Origin: an uncultured Pseudomonadales bacterium
GTDB lineage: Bacteria > Patescibacteriota > Microgenomatia > UBA1400 > PJMF01
Direction of reading: 5' to 3'
DNA length: 64,000 nt
Assembly (NCBI GenBank): GCA_964447075.1
Contig: CAYUQY010000001.1
Location: 41,202-105,201 of the forward strand
Below the pieces are notes generated by a model. The model did no database searches. It was not told the origin of the DNA and was given only the letters and a program-made list of their open reading frames with translations. Position numbers and translations under genes: made by a program. Shown here one piece after another: positions 8,447-16,739 of the stretch (its first letter is position 1; the number at the start of each line of letters is the position of its first letter).

Positions 8447-9329
8447 AGATTTAGACAGTAACTTTTTTATGCCTCTAGAACTAGCCCACATCAACTTTCG
8501 CTTATTGCTCAAACAGAGACGCATGCTCTTGAGCGGCATCTGTGGAGCTGTTATAGGTATCGCTATGATTCTGATGGTGGGCATACCTGAGTTCATGGGT
8601 ATCTTTGAAACGCGTGAAAGACTCAGTAGCGAGAGCGTCTTGCTTGAGACACTCCAAAAAAAGGTTGTTCAAGTCCGAGAGTTAGCATCAGTTCCTGGTT
8701 TCACTCACAAAGATCAGATAGACGAGTTACTTCCCAATGAAAAACCAGTAGTGCCATTTATGAGTGGAGTTTCGCTTGTTGTGACTCAGATGGAGTTGCC
8801 GGTGGGCAACATGAGTATTACGCCTGGAAGACTCAATTCGTTGCGTGCGGTTGACTCTAGATCAAGCTCAGCTCAACTGCAGAATACTCAGGCTGTTAAA
8901 GGTGAAATAATGATGTCTTTTCAGACCTCAGGAAAAATTTCTCAGCTTTATGAGCTGATCAATAAAATTGAGAAAAGTGCTCCTATGTCAGTTGTAACCC
9001 AGATCAGGCTTTCCAAAAAAGTGCCAGATAACTTCTCTCCAATATCTAGTTCTACCAGTTCTTCGACTGCTTCGACAACTAACCAAGATGGTCCTGCCAA
9101 TACTACAGATGAAGATGAGCTGCTGACTGCAGCCTTTGAGGTTACTGGCAACTACTTTGTGGACAAGGCTGAAATATCTCAGGATGAAGCGGTGCCTCTA
9201 CCTGGTGAAAAAGAGCTTCAGTTTATCTCTGGACTTGCTGAGTTTACCTTCCCCCAATCTGAGTTCCCAGCCGCTGCTGGTGGTTCGACACTCCAGTTTG
9301 GAGATCTAGAGATTAAGCCTCAACAGTAG
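8433..9329 (+). CDS. PilO-like protein with Ser/Thr-rich acidic C-terminal region
   Basis: Overlaps the pilN end by 14 nt. One TM (LLSGICGAVIGIAMILMVGI). Position in the pilMNO order. Low-complexity SSSTSSSTASTTNQ tail. Confidence 0.4.
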   Translation: MYLCKDLDSNFFMPLELAHINFRLLLKQRRMLLSGICGAVIGIAMILMVGIPEFMGIFETRERLSSESVLLETLQKKVVQVRELASVPGFTHKDQIDELLPNEKPVVPFMSGVSLVVTQMELPVGNMSITPGRLNSLRAVDSRSSSAQLQNTQAVKGEIMMSFQTSGKISQLYELINKIEKSAPMSVVTQIRLSKKVPDNFSPISSSTSSSTASTTNQDGPANTTDEDELLTAAFEVTGNYFVDKAEISQDEAVPLPGEKELQFISGLAEFTFPQSEFPAAAGGSTLQFGDLEIKPQQ

Positions 9330-9609
9330 AAATAGGAGAAGTAGGTGTATCAGATGGAGCAGGTATCCCAGCTGGAGCATCTTCTGCCAAAGTGACGTAA
9401 GCACGGATGTTTTCTTTGACTGCGCGAACGCGTGCGAGAGAGCGAATGGCTTGGATGACTCGACCCTGCTTGCCGATGACTTTACCGATGTCTTCTTGGT
9501 GGACATGGAGAATATAAGTGTAGCCACGATCATCTTGAGACTCCTCTACCCTAGCATCATCTGGATGATCGACAATGTGGTTAAGAATGAACTCAAGAAG
9601 ATTTTTCAT
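9313..9609 (-). CDS. KH-domain RNA-binding protein (YlqC/UPF0109 family) with an Ala/Pro-rich C-terminal tail
   Basis: IGKVIGKQGRVIQAIRSLAR matches the KH GxxG motif as in YlqC. Lies downstream of rpsP as in the conserved rpsP-ylqC arrangement. Confidence 0.75.
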   Translation of the reverse strand: MKNLLEFILNHIVDHPDDARVEESQDDRGYTYILHVHQEDIGKVIGKQGRVIQAIRSLARVRAVKENIRAYVTLAEDAPAGIPAPSDTPTSPISTVEA

Positions 9610-9645
9610 AGGAACGTCTTTTTTGAAGTAAAAATATACTTTAGT

Positions 9646-10086
9646 TTACTCTACTTTGGCTGCTTCTGGTGAAAGGGGAGCAGTAGCTTCCGAGGCTTCA
9701 GGAGTAGCTGCTGGGGCTGCTTCTGACTTTGGGGCTGTTTCTGGGGATGGTGTTGGGGTTTTTTCTGCAACTGGAGCAGCATCTTTAGGAGCATCGCGTT
9801 TGGCGATGGCTTTCTTGGAGAGTTTGGCTTTCTTGGGTGGGAAAGGATTGCCTGATTTAAGTCTGGTGATCAAAGCTCTAACTGTATCGGTAGGCTGAGC
9901 ACCTTTCTTGATCCAGGAGTCATACTTGAGCATGTCTATCTCTAGGATTTTTGGTTGTTGAGCAGGTGCGTAGTGTCCAATAATCTCGACAGCTTGACCA
10001 TCTCTTTTGTCTCTGGCCTCATTGACCACAAAGCGATAGTGAGGCTGTTTATTCTTACCAACACGTGAGAGTTTGATTTTCAACAT
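9646..10086 (-). CDS. rpsP: 30S ribosomal protein S16 with a ~65-aa Lys/Ala/Pro-rich C-terminal extension
   Basis: MLKIKLSRVGKNKQPHYRFVV is the canonical S16 N-terminus. The tail KKAKLSKKAIAKRDAPKDAAPVAEKTPTPSPETAPKSEAAPAATPEASE is low-complexity. Confidence 0.85.
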   Translation of the reverse strand: MLKIKLSRVGKNKQPHYRFVVNEARDKRDGQAVEIIGHYAPAQQPKILEIDMLKYDSWIKKGAQPTDTVRALITRLKSGNPFPPKKAKLSKKAIAKRDAPKDAAPVAEKTPTPSPETAPKSEAAPAATPEASEATAPLSPEAAKVE

Positions 10087-10114
10087 AGGACGAGCATTAT
10101 ATCATGAGAGAACA

Positions 10115-10783
10115 TCACTGCTCGAGGGGAAAATGGTCAAGAGCAGCTTGGGCTGCGACCGACTGAGCAATCTGTTTGCTCTTTCCCTTGCCCACTCCAG
10201 CTTTTTTGTCCCTTATCATCACTGCTACCTCAAACTCGCGATTGTGATCGGGACCAACTTGGGAGAGGACAATGTACTCAGGGGCTAGTAAGCCTAGAGC
10301 TTGAACTTCTTCTTGTAGCTGACTCTTGGGATCTTTATAAAGTTTTTTGGAGCGAATTTCTTTGAGCTTGGGTAAAATGTAGCTAGAAATGAAAGCTTGA
10401 GCTGCAGATATACCTTGATCTAAGTAGAGAGCTCCTATGATTGCCTCAACGGAGTTGGCCAGAAGTCCAGTGTTGGTTCGTCCACCCGTGGCTTCCTCCC
10501 CCTTACTCATAAAAAGTTGATCACCTATCTCCAATTGAGTTGCTACATCAGCTAGTGTCGTGGTTTTGACCAGAGAGGCTCTGAAGGCTGTCAACATACC
10601 CTCTTGCTCATCTGGAAACTCTTTGTAAAGATGATCGGTGATGATCAGCTCAAGGACAGCATCTCCCAAGAACTCCAGCCGCTCATTGGAGCTGCTTGAA
10701 TCTGATAGCTTTTCGTTGAGAGCGCTACGATGCGTGAGAGCAGTAGTTAGGAGGGATGGGTTGGTGAAAGTAGGTAGCTTCAA
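10115..10783 (-). CDS. rnc: Ribonuclease III
   Basis: RNase III signature ERLEFLGDAVLEL. C-terminal dsRBD-like region. 222 aa. Confidence 0.85.
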   Translation of the reverse strand: MKLPTFTNPSLLTTALTHRSALNEKLSDSSSSNERLEFLGDAVLELIITDHLYKEFPDEQEGMLTAFRASLVKTTTLADVATQLEIGDQLFMSKGEEATGGRTNTGLLANSVEAIIGALYLDQGISAAQAFISSYILPKLKEIRSKKLYKDPKSQLQEEVQALGLLAPEYIVLSQVGPDHNREFEVAVMIRDKKAGVGKGKSKQIAQSVAAQAALDHFPLEQ

Positions 10784-11085
10784 AGATCTTTCTCTTCGTC
10801 GATTAGCTCGACCAACTCAGCAATAGTTAGACAGTGCTTGACTTCTTTGATAGGTAAAATCACATCCACTTGTTTTTGAATGCCTTTGATGATGGGTAAA
10901 AACTCTGTCATCATGTTGACACCCAGATCATCCTCTATCAAGGCATCAAGAGTGATGTCTTCCAGATCATTACCTGTAATATCAGAGATGACTTGTTGGA
11001 CAATCATGTGAGTTGAGAGCGATTTTTTGGCAGTGTTTGCCTGAGTAGCAGTCATATTTTTTCTTTCACTAGGCAGATTTTTCAT
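10780..11085 (-). CDS. Acyl-carrier-protein-like small acidic protein lacking the conserved phosphopantetheine-attachment serine
   Basis: Four-helix ACP-like layout (..ITLDALIEDDLGVNMMTEFLPIIKG..TIAELVELIDE). Canonical DSL is replaced by VNM. Sits immediately upstream of rnc as acpP does in Firmicutes. Confidence 0.4.
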   Translation of the reverse strand: MKNLPSERKNMTATQANTAKKSLSTHMIVQQVISDITGNDLEDITLDALIEDDLGVNMMTEFLPIIKGIQKQVDVILPIKEVKHCLTIAELVELIDEEKDL

Positions 11086-11594
11086 GTGGAGCCTTTTTCT
11101 GTGTAGATCTTGGCTAGGACTCCATTAACAAAGCTAGATGATGTGTCTGAACCAAACTCCTTGGCTAGCTCGACCGCCTCATCTATCAAGACTTTTTTGG
11201 GAGTCTGACTACTGTTCCATTCAAACATAGTTAGGCGCAGTATTGCAAGGTCGACTTTATTGATGTCTTTGAGAGGTCGTTGCGGAGCATGAAGCTGGAG
11301 AAGGGAATCTATTTGGGGAAGCTCAGACTTGATTTTGATAATTTCGGCATCTAACTCACTGCTTGGAGCTATCTGAGTTTCATCTACAGTGACATCTAAA
11401 GGGCTCTCGGCCAAGTCTTGAGATTGAAGATCTGGTGAAGAAGTGCCAGGCTTGGTTGAAGATGACTCTGACTGGAGATCTATCGATGCGCCTGCCGATT
11501 CTGGCTGCGTTGGCTCTAGATGGTGCGGAAAACTTAAAGCAAAAAGCGCCTGCATCAGAGAAATTCGCCGGGCATGTCTAGGATCTATACCCAT
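11082..11594 (-). CDS. nusB: Transcription antitermination factor NusB with a ~60-aa Ser/Asp/Gln-rich low-complexity insertion
   Basis: N-terminus RHARRISLMQALFAL. C-terminal DLAILRLTMFEW...LIDEAVELAKEFGSDTSSSFVNGVLAKI matches the NusB fold. Confidence 0.65.
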   Translation of the reverse strand: MGIDPRHARRISLMQALFALSFPHHLEPTQPESAGASIDLQSESSSTKPGTSSPDLQSQDLAESPLDVTVDETQIAPSSELDAEIIKIKSELPQIDSLLQLHAPQRPLKDINKVDLAILRLTMFEWNSSQTPKKVLIDEAVELAKEFGSDTSSSFVNGVLAKIYTEKGST

Positions 11595-11596
11595 CT

Positions 11597-11920
11597 TTAA
11601 CCACCTTTGTGTTGGGTTTGAGGGACGCGTTTGATAGGAGTGACGGTTTTTGCTGATGAAGCAGTGTTTTTTACCAAGTTGGCAGGGTTTGAGACTGCGC
11701 TGGATTTGGATGTGCTCTCAGCTGCATCTTTGGTCTGGACGGCTTTTTTGGCTTGAGCTAAACCTTTGGTAGTCAGCAGAGACGAAATACGAGCATAGAG
11801 CGCTCTCTTGTGAAGAGGCGTACTGGCTTGTTTGAGATTCTTGAGTAGATGAGGAGTGTTGCCGCGGCGACGCTTGCCTTGCTCAGCTCTAGTTATTTTG
11901 TTTTTCGGTTGACCTGCCAT
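11597..11920 (-). CDS. Hypothetical small basic protein (Lys/Arg-rich, 107 aa)
   Basis: High Lys/Arg content. Located between recG and nusB. No family recognised. Confidence 0.3.
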   Translation of the reverse strand: MAGQPKNKITRAEQGKRRRGNTPHLLKNLKQASTPLHKRALYARISSLLTTKGLAQAKKAVQTKDAAESTSKSSAVSNPANLVKNTASSAKTVTPIKRVPQTQHKGG

Positions 11921-11990
11921 ATATATCCTTTACCAATCCTCGTGGCCAAAATTTGTGGGACATCGGTTGGTATATCCTACCAAATTTTTT

Positions 11991-14012
11991 TTAATTCGCC
12001 AGGGGGACATCATTTTCCACAAAGTTGACAAAAAGTGGTGAAAAATAGGGAGTATGGGAGGCCTCTAGCTCTAGGGTGAGTTGCTTGGCTCTGGTGATCA
12101 GCTCCAGATTGGTCCAGCTGGCAAACTGGAGCGAGTCAAAGCCATGCTGACTTGCGCCAAAGATATCCCCTGCTCCTCTACGGCTCAGATCTAACTCTGC
12201 TAGTTTTTGACCATCTTGAATTTGAGTAAATTGATCTAGGCGGTGGCGAACATCAGTGCTGGTTGTACTGGAAAAAAGCAAACAAAAGGCTTGAGTCTTG
12301 GCTCTACCTACACGCCCTCGAAGTTGGTGTAAGCTGGCCAGTCCAAATCTCTCAGCATTCTCAATGATCATGATGTCGGCTGCTGGCAGATCGACTCCTA
12401 CTTCGACGATAGGAGTAGTGACTAGAATATCGATTTTTTGCTCATACAGCCTAGCGATAACTTCAGCTTGAGTTGAGGCTGACAGACGACTGTGTAGTTT
12501 CTCAAGTTTAAAATTTTTTGAAAATTTGGAAGAGAGAAGTTCAAAGGTATCAGTGACTGAGGCAACATGATCCAAGCCTTCACTCTCAGAAGTATCGATG
12601 AAAGGACAGACTACGATACAGAGCGGACGACGGATTGCGGTTTGACCCTGTAGAAGCTGCTCTCCGACCCAATTTAGGGCTTGGTCTTTCTTCTGCTTGG
12701 TTACAACCCAAGTTTTGACAGGCACTCTACCCTTAGGCAGCTCATCTATGAGACTAAGTGAGAGATGAGAAAAAATAGTCAACATGAGGGTGCGTGGAAT
12801 GGGCGTAGCGGTCAAGGTCAGGAGATGCGGGAACTGTTGGAGGGAGTAAGCAGCAGAACGCGAGACAACCCCAAAACGATGCTGCTCGTCATACACTATC
12901 AAAGCAGGTGCGATCGAAGTAAGCCTATTAATCAGAGAGTGAGTCCCGATGTAGAGACAAGCTCCAGCTGAAGTAGTTTTTTTTACTTTTTTAGTTTTGA
13001 GAGTGGTGAGACTAGTCACGAGGCAGACTGGAAGATCTGGGAAAAACTTGTTGAAGCTGTCTAGATGTTGTTGGGCTAGAATTTTGGTAGGAGCTATGAG
13101 GCAAGCTGAGTGTCCAGACTTTAAGACCGAGAGCATGGCTAGACCAGCTACGATGGTTTTGCCAGAGCCCACGTCCCCTACCAAAAGTCGGTTCATAGGA
13201 GTACTGCTTTGTAAGTCGCAAGCAATTTCTTTGAGAGATTTATCTTGAGCAGCCGTCAGCTCAAAGGGGAGTGGCGGCAGATACTTTAGAGTTGGGATGG
13301 AGAGTGAGTGACTACTCTTTGACCATTGATTTTTTATCTGGTGAGAGCGCTGGATAAGAGAAATTAGCTCTTCTAGGGCAATACGTTCTCTAGCCTCGAT
13401 GAGCTTAAGATCGCTGTCTGGAAAGTGAAGTTGAGAGAGGGCGTTAGCAAGTGAGGAAAGTTGGGATTTATTTTTTTGTTTAAAAGTTGATAAGACATTC
13501 TCAGGAACTTCAAGATTATCCAAGATATGTTTTAGAGTGCGCCTAAGCGAGCCAATTTTCAGTCCCTGGACGCTTGAGTAGATCGGTACTAGGCGATCAG
13601 TGTGAATCGTATCTGAGGATGATGATTCAATAGTCGGATGTATCATGCTTTTTTTCTCATTAAGCGCTCCGCTGATCAAGTACAGTTGATCTTTCTGCAG
13701 CATTTTAAGTACATAGGGGGTGTTGAACCACATGAGGGTGAGCTTGCCTGTGTCATCACTGACTACAGCTCGTTGAATTGATCTGCGACCGCGAAAAAAT
13801 TGAGAACTAGAATTGAGCTTCGCTTCCAGCGTCACTAACTCACCTGGAATGAGCTGGTCAATTTTTTTCCTGAGTGATCGATCCTCGCAGCGAAGAGGAG
13901 TGAACAGGAGGAGATCTTTAACAAGGCTGAAGCCTTTTTTTTCCAGAGATTGAGCAGAGATACTACCAATACCTTTTACATCTTTGAGGGCAGTAGTTAG
14001 GAGGTACTTCAT
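11991..14012 (-). CDS. recG: ATP-dependent DNA helicase RecG
   Basis: Walker A VGDVGSGKTIVAGLAM, DEQHRFGV (DEAH-like), TATPIPRTL, HQLRGRVGR. N-terminal wedge-like domain. Confidence 0.85.
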   Translation of the reverse strand: MKYLLTTALKDVKGIGSISAQSLEKKGFSLVKDLLLFTPLRCEDRSLRKKIDQLIPGELVTLEAKLNSSSQFFRGRRSIQRAVVSDDTGKLTLMWFNTPYVLKMLQKDQLYLISGALNEKKSMIHPTIESSSSDTIHTDRLVPIYSSVQGLKIGSLRRTLKHILDNLEVPENVLSTFKQKNKSQLSSLANALSQLHFPDSDLKLIEARERIALEELISLIQRSHQIKNQWSKSSHSLSIPTLKYLPPLPFELTAAQDKSLKEIACDLQSSTPMNRLLVGDVGSGKTIVAGLAMLSVLKSGHSACLIAPTKILAQQHLDSFNKFFPDLPVCLVTSLTTLKTKKVKKTTSAGACLYIGTHSLINRLTSIAPALIVYDEQHRFGVVSRSAAYSLQQFPHLLTLTATPIPRTLMLTIFSHLSLSLIDELPKGRVPVKTWVVTKQKKDQALNWVGEQLLQGQTAIRRPLCIVVCPFIDTSESEGLDHVASVTDTFELLSSKFSKNFKLEKLHSRLSASTQAEVIARLYEQKIDILVTTPIVEVGVDLPAADIMIIENAERFGLASLHQLRGRVGRAKTQAFCLLFSSTTSTDVRHRLDQFTQIQDGQKLAELDLSRRGAGDIFGASQHGFDSLQFASWTNLELITRAKQLTLELEASHTPYFSPLFVNFVENDVPLAN

Positions 14013-14085
14013 CGGGGCGAAGTATGACAGTTGGTAAGTGACAAAGCTAGCTTGGAGCTACAGTTTTTGAGCCTCGCCAAGGCGA

Positions 14086-15426
14086 TTAATATCGATAGTG
14101 TTCTGCCTTGTAAGGGCCACTGCGGTCTATGCCTAGATAGCTAGCCTGATCACTGCTTAGGCGAGTCAAGCGAGCTCCTAGCTGAGCTAGGTGAAGGGCG
14201 GCTACTTTTTCATCGAGGTTCTTGGGAAGGCGGTGAACCCCCACCTCATGCTTCTTGGTCCAGAGCTCAATTTGAGCTAGGACTTGGTTGGAGAAGGAGT
14301 TGGACATGACAAATGAAGGATGGCCGTTGGCGCAACCAAGATTGATCAATCTACCTTCTGCCAAGATGATAATTCGATGCCCATCGGCAAAAGTATACAT
14401 GTCTACCTGAGGTTTAATCTGAGTCTTTTTGATTTTAGGGTGTTTGTTGAGTCTATCCATCTGAATTTCCACGTCAAAGTGACCGATGTTGCAGACTATA
14501 GCCATGTCTTTCATAGCTAGCATGTGCTCCAAGGTGATGATGTCTGTGCAGCCTGTAGCCGTCACGAAGATATCAGCTTCTGAGACTATGTCTTCAATTC
14601 TGACTACCTGATAGCCTTCCATGCAGGCTTGAAGAGCACAGATTGGATCCACTTCTGAGATGAAGATTCTGGCACCAAAGCCACGCATGCTTTGAGCTGA
14701 GCCTTTACCCACATCGCCATATCCGGCTACAAAGACGCGCTTGCCGGCAATCATGACACCTGTCGCACGCTTGATACCATCTACAAGTGACTCTCTACAG
14801 CCGTAAAGATTATCAAACTTGGACTTGGTGACGGAGTCGTTGACATTAATAGCTGGTAGGCGCAGTTTTTTGTGGAGGTGCTCGTGATAAAGTTTGTGGA
14901 CACCAGTGGTTGTTTCTTCAGACACTCCCTTGATGTCTGCGAGAAGCTTGGGGTGTTTTTCATGCACTAACCAAGTTAGGTCTCCCCCATCATCCAGGAG
15001 TAGATTTGGTCCGCACGAAGTGCCTTTTTCATCATAGAACTGCAAAGTCTGGGTGATGCACCACCAGTAGTCTTTCTCACTTTCGCCTTTCCAGGCGAAC
15101 ACTGGTACACCTGAGACTGCTATAGCGGCAGCGGCGTGATCTTGAGTTGAGAATATATTGCAGCTGGACCAGCGAACTTGAGCTCCCAGGGCAGTTAGAG
15201 TCTCGATCAAGACCGCAGTCTGCTGAGTCATATGAAGTGAGCCTGCAATCCGAGCTCCTTTGAGTGGTTTCTTGGTTGCGAACTCTTTACGTATGGCCAT
15301 CAGACCTGGCATCTCTTTCTCAGCCATGTTGATTTCTTTGCGGCCCCACTCTGCTAGCTTGATGTCTTTGACTTTGTAGTCGCGAAAACTTCTCAGTTTG
15401 GAGAGAGCGAGTGAAGTGAGTGACAT
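14086..15426 (-). CDS. ahcY: S-adenosyl-L-homocysteine hydrolase (adenosylhomocysteinase)
   Basis: N-terminus [28 protein letters not shown]-binding GYGDVGKG. 446 aa, typical length. Confidence 0.85.
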   Translation of the reverse strand: MSLTSLALSKLRSFRDYKVKDIKLAEWGRKEINMAEKEMPGLMAIRKEFATKKPLKGARIAGSLHMTQQTAVLIETLTALGAQVRWSSCNIFSTQDHAAAAIAVSGVPVFAWKGESEKDYWWCITQTLQFYDEKGTSCGPNLLLDDGGDLTWLVHEKHPKLLADIKGVSEETTTGVHKLYHEHLHKKLRLPAINVNDSVTKSKFDNLYGCRESLVDGIKRATGVMIAGKRVFVAGYGDVGKGSAQSMRGFGARIFISEVDPICALQACMEGYQVVRIEDIVSEADIFVTATGCTDIITLEHMLAMKDMAIVCNIGHFDVEIQMDRLNKHPKIKKTQIKPQVDMYTFADGHRIIILAEGRLINLGCANGHPSFVMSNSFSNQVLAQIELWTKKHEVGVHRLPKNLDEKVAALHLAQLGARLTRLSSDQASYLGIDRSGPYKAEHYRY

Positions 15427-15476
15427 TGGTTATCCTTTGGATTTTAATTTTGCTATTTTAACTCAACTCAAGATTT

Positions 15477-16469
15477 TTAGTGTTTAGTTTCTATGGCAGC
15501 TAGATCACTAGCTGGATAGTTGTCACGGTATCGTTTAAAAAATTCTTGAGCTGTAAAAGTATGATTTTGAGTACCTGTTTTTTCGATAGCATAGGTAGCG
15601 CAACTGGAGCCAAGTCTGGCACAGATCGTGGTACTGAGACCTCTGATGTAACCAAACAAAAAGCCAGCTCGGAAAGCATCTCCTGCTCCAGTGGGGTCGA
15701 TAACTTGGGTAACTTTGGCTGCTGGGACGAGTGTTGAGTGGCTCTCGTTAGAGTTGTAAACCCTACTTCCCTGATCTCCCAAGGTAATAATAAGAGTTTT
15801 AAGCTTACTACGCGTTGATTCTATATCCAAGCCAGTTTTCTGAGCAATCATTCCCATTTCGTAGTCGTTGACAATCATAACTTCTGCAGTAGAAATACCT
15901 AGCTTAAGCTGTTCTCCTGTCAAGATGTGACACTGTTGTCCGGGATCAAACAAGAGTCTTAGCTTATGTTGATGGCACTCAGCTACTTGATTCATCATGG
16001 TCTCAGGATCGTGAGCGCTAATCACTACTAGAGAGTCTTTTTGAGCAATCTTGGCAATTTTTAATTGAGATGAGTCACTCATAGCGCCAGGATAGAACCC
16101 ACCAACTTGGCAGTTTTTCTTATCAGTTAAAACACTAAAAGTGGCAGTTAGCTTCTCAGAGAAGTGAACATGCTTGGTATTTACACCAATACTTTCTAAC
16201 TGTTTCAAATACTCAGTGGCATCTAAGCCCACACTGGCATATAAAATTGATTTAGAGCCAAGTAGTGCAAGATTGTAGGCTATGTTTCCAGCAGTTCCAC
16301 CACAAGAGACTTCCATTTTGTCGACTAAGGGTGAGATAGAAAGGACATGTAGTTTGTCAGGTTGGATCAACTGAGCAAATGAGCCATCAAAGCTCATAAC
16401 GCGGTCAAAAGCTACCGACCCAGTCAAGATGATGGGGAGAATTTCTGTGTCAGATTTTGGTGATATCAT
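15477..16469 (-). CDS. PfkB-family carbohydrate/nucleoside kinase (adenosine-kinase-like)
   Basis: PfkB signature 2 DPTGAGDAFRAGFL. N-terminal GG dipeptide region. Adjacent to ahcY. Confidence 0.7.
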   Translation of the reverse strand: MISPKSDTEILPIILTGSVAFDRVMSFDGSFAQLIQPDKLHVLSISPLVDKMEVSCGGTAGNIAYNLALLGSKSILYASVGLDATEYLKQLESIGVNTKHVHFSEKLTATFSVLTDKKNCQVGGFYPGAMSDSSQLKIAKIAQKDSLVVISAHDPETMMNQVAECHQHKLRLLFDPGQQCHILTGEQLKLGISTAEVMIVNDYEMGMIAQKTGLDIESTRSKLKTLIITLGDQGSRVYNSNESHSTLVPAAKVTQVIDPTGAGDAFRAGFLFGYIRGLSTTICARLGSSCATYAIEKTGTQNHTFTAQEFFKRYRDNYPASDLAAIETKH

Positions 16470-16739
16470 GGTTATAAAACCGTGAGAAGTGTATCAAAAA
16501 AATGGAAAATGAGTATGTTCATTGGATAAGTATCTGCAGTTTATCATGCGTTGTGATCTGTGAAAATGAAATATGAGCGCTCTTGTCAAGCCTAACCGTT
16601 ATCTAGCTAGCAAAAACAGAGATGAGAGACTGCCGAACATCATGCTCATAATAGAGATGATGGCAAAGACTACTAGCAGGCGATGGCGTGTTTTTTGGGT
16701 CATTTTCTGAGTGTTCAGCTAGATTTATTGTAAATTAAT

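Noticed and set aside
9656-9898. 80-aa +strand Ala/Gly/Ser-rich ORF
   Set aside because: It is antisense to the Ala/Pro/Lys-rich tail of rpsP and is a codon-composition artefact.
10780-11085. Calling the ACP-like protein a functional acyl carrier protein (acpP)
   Set aside because: The phosphopantetheine-attachment Ser of the DSL motif is replaced (VNM), so the acpP symbol and function are not asserted.
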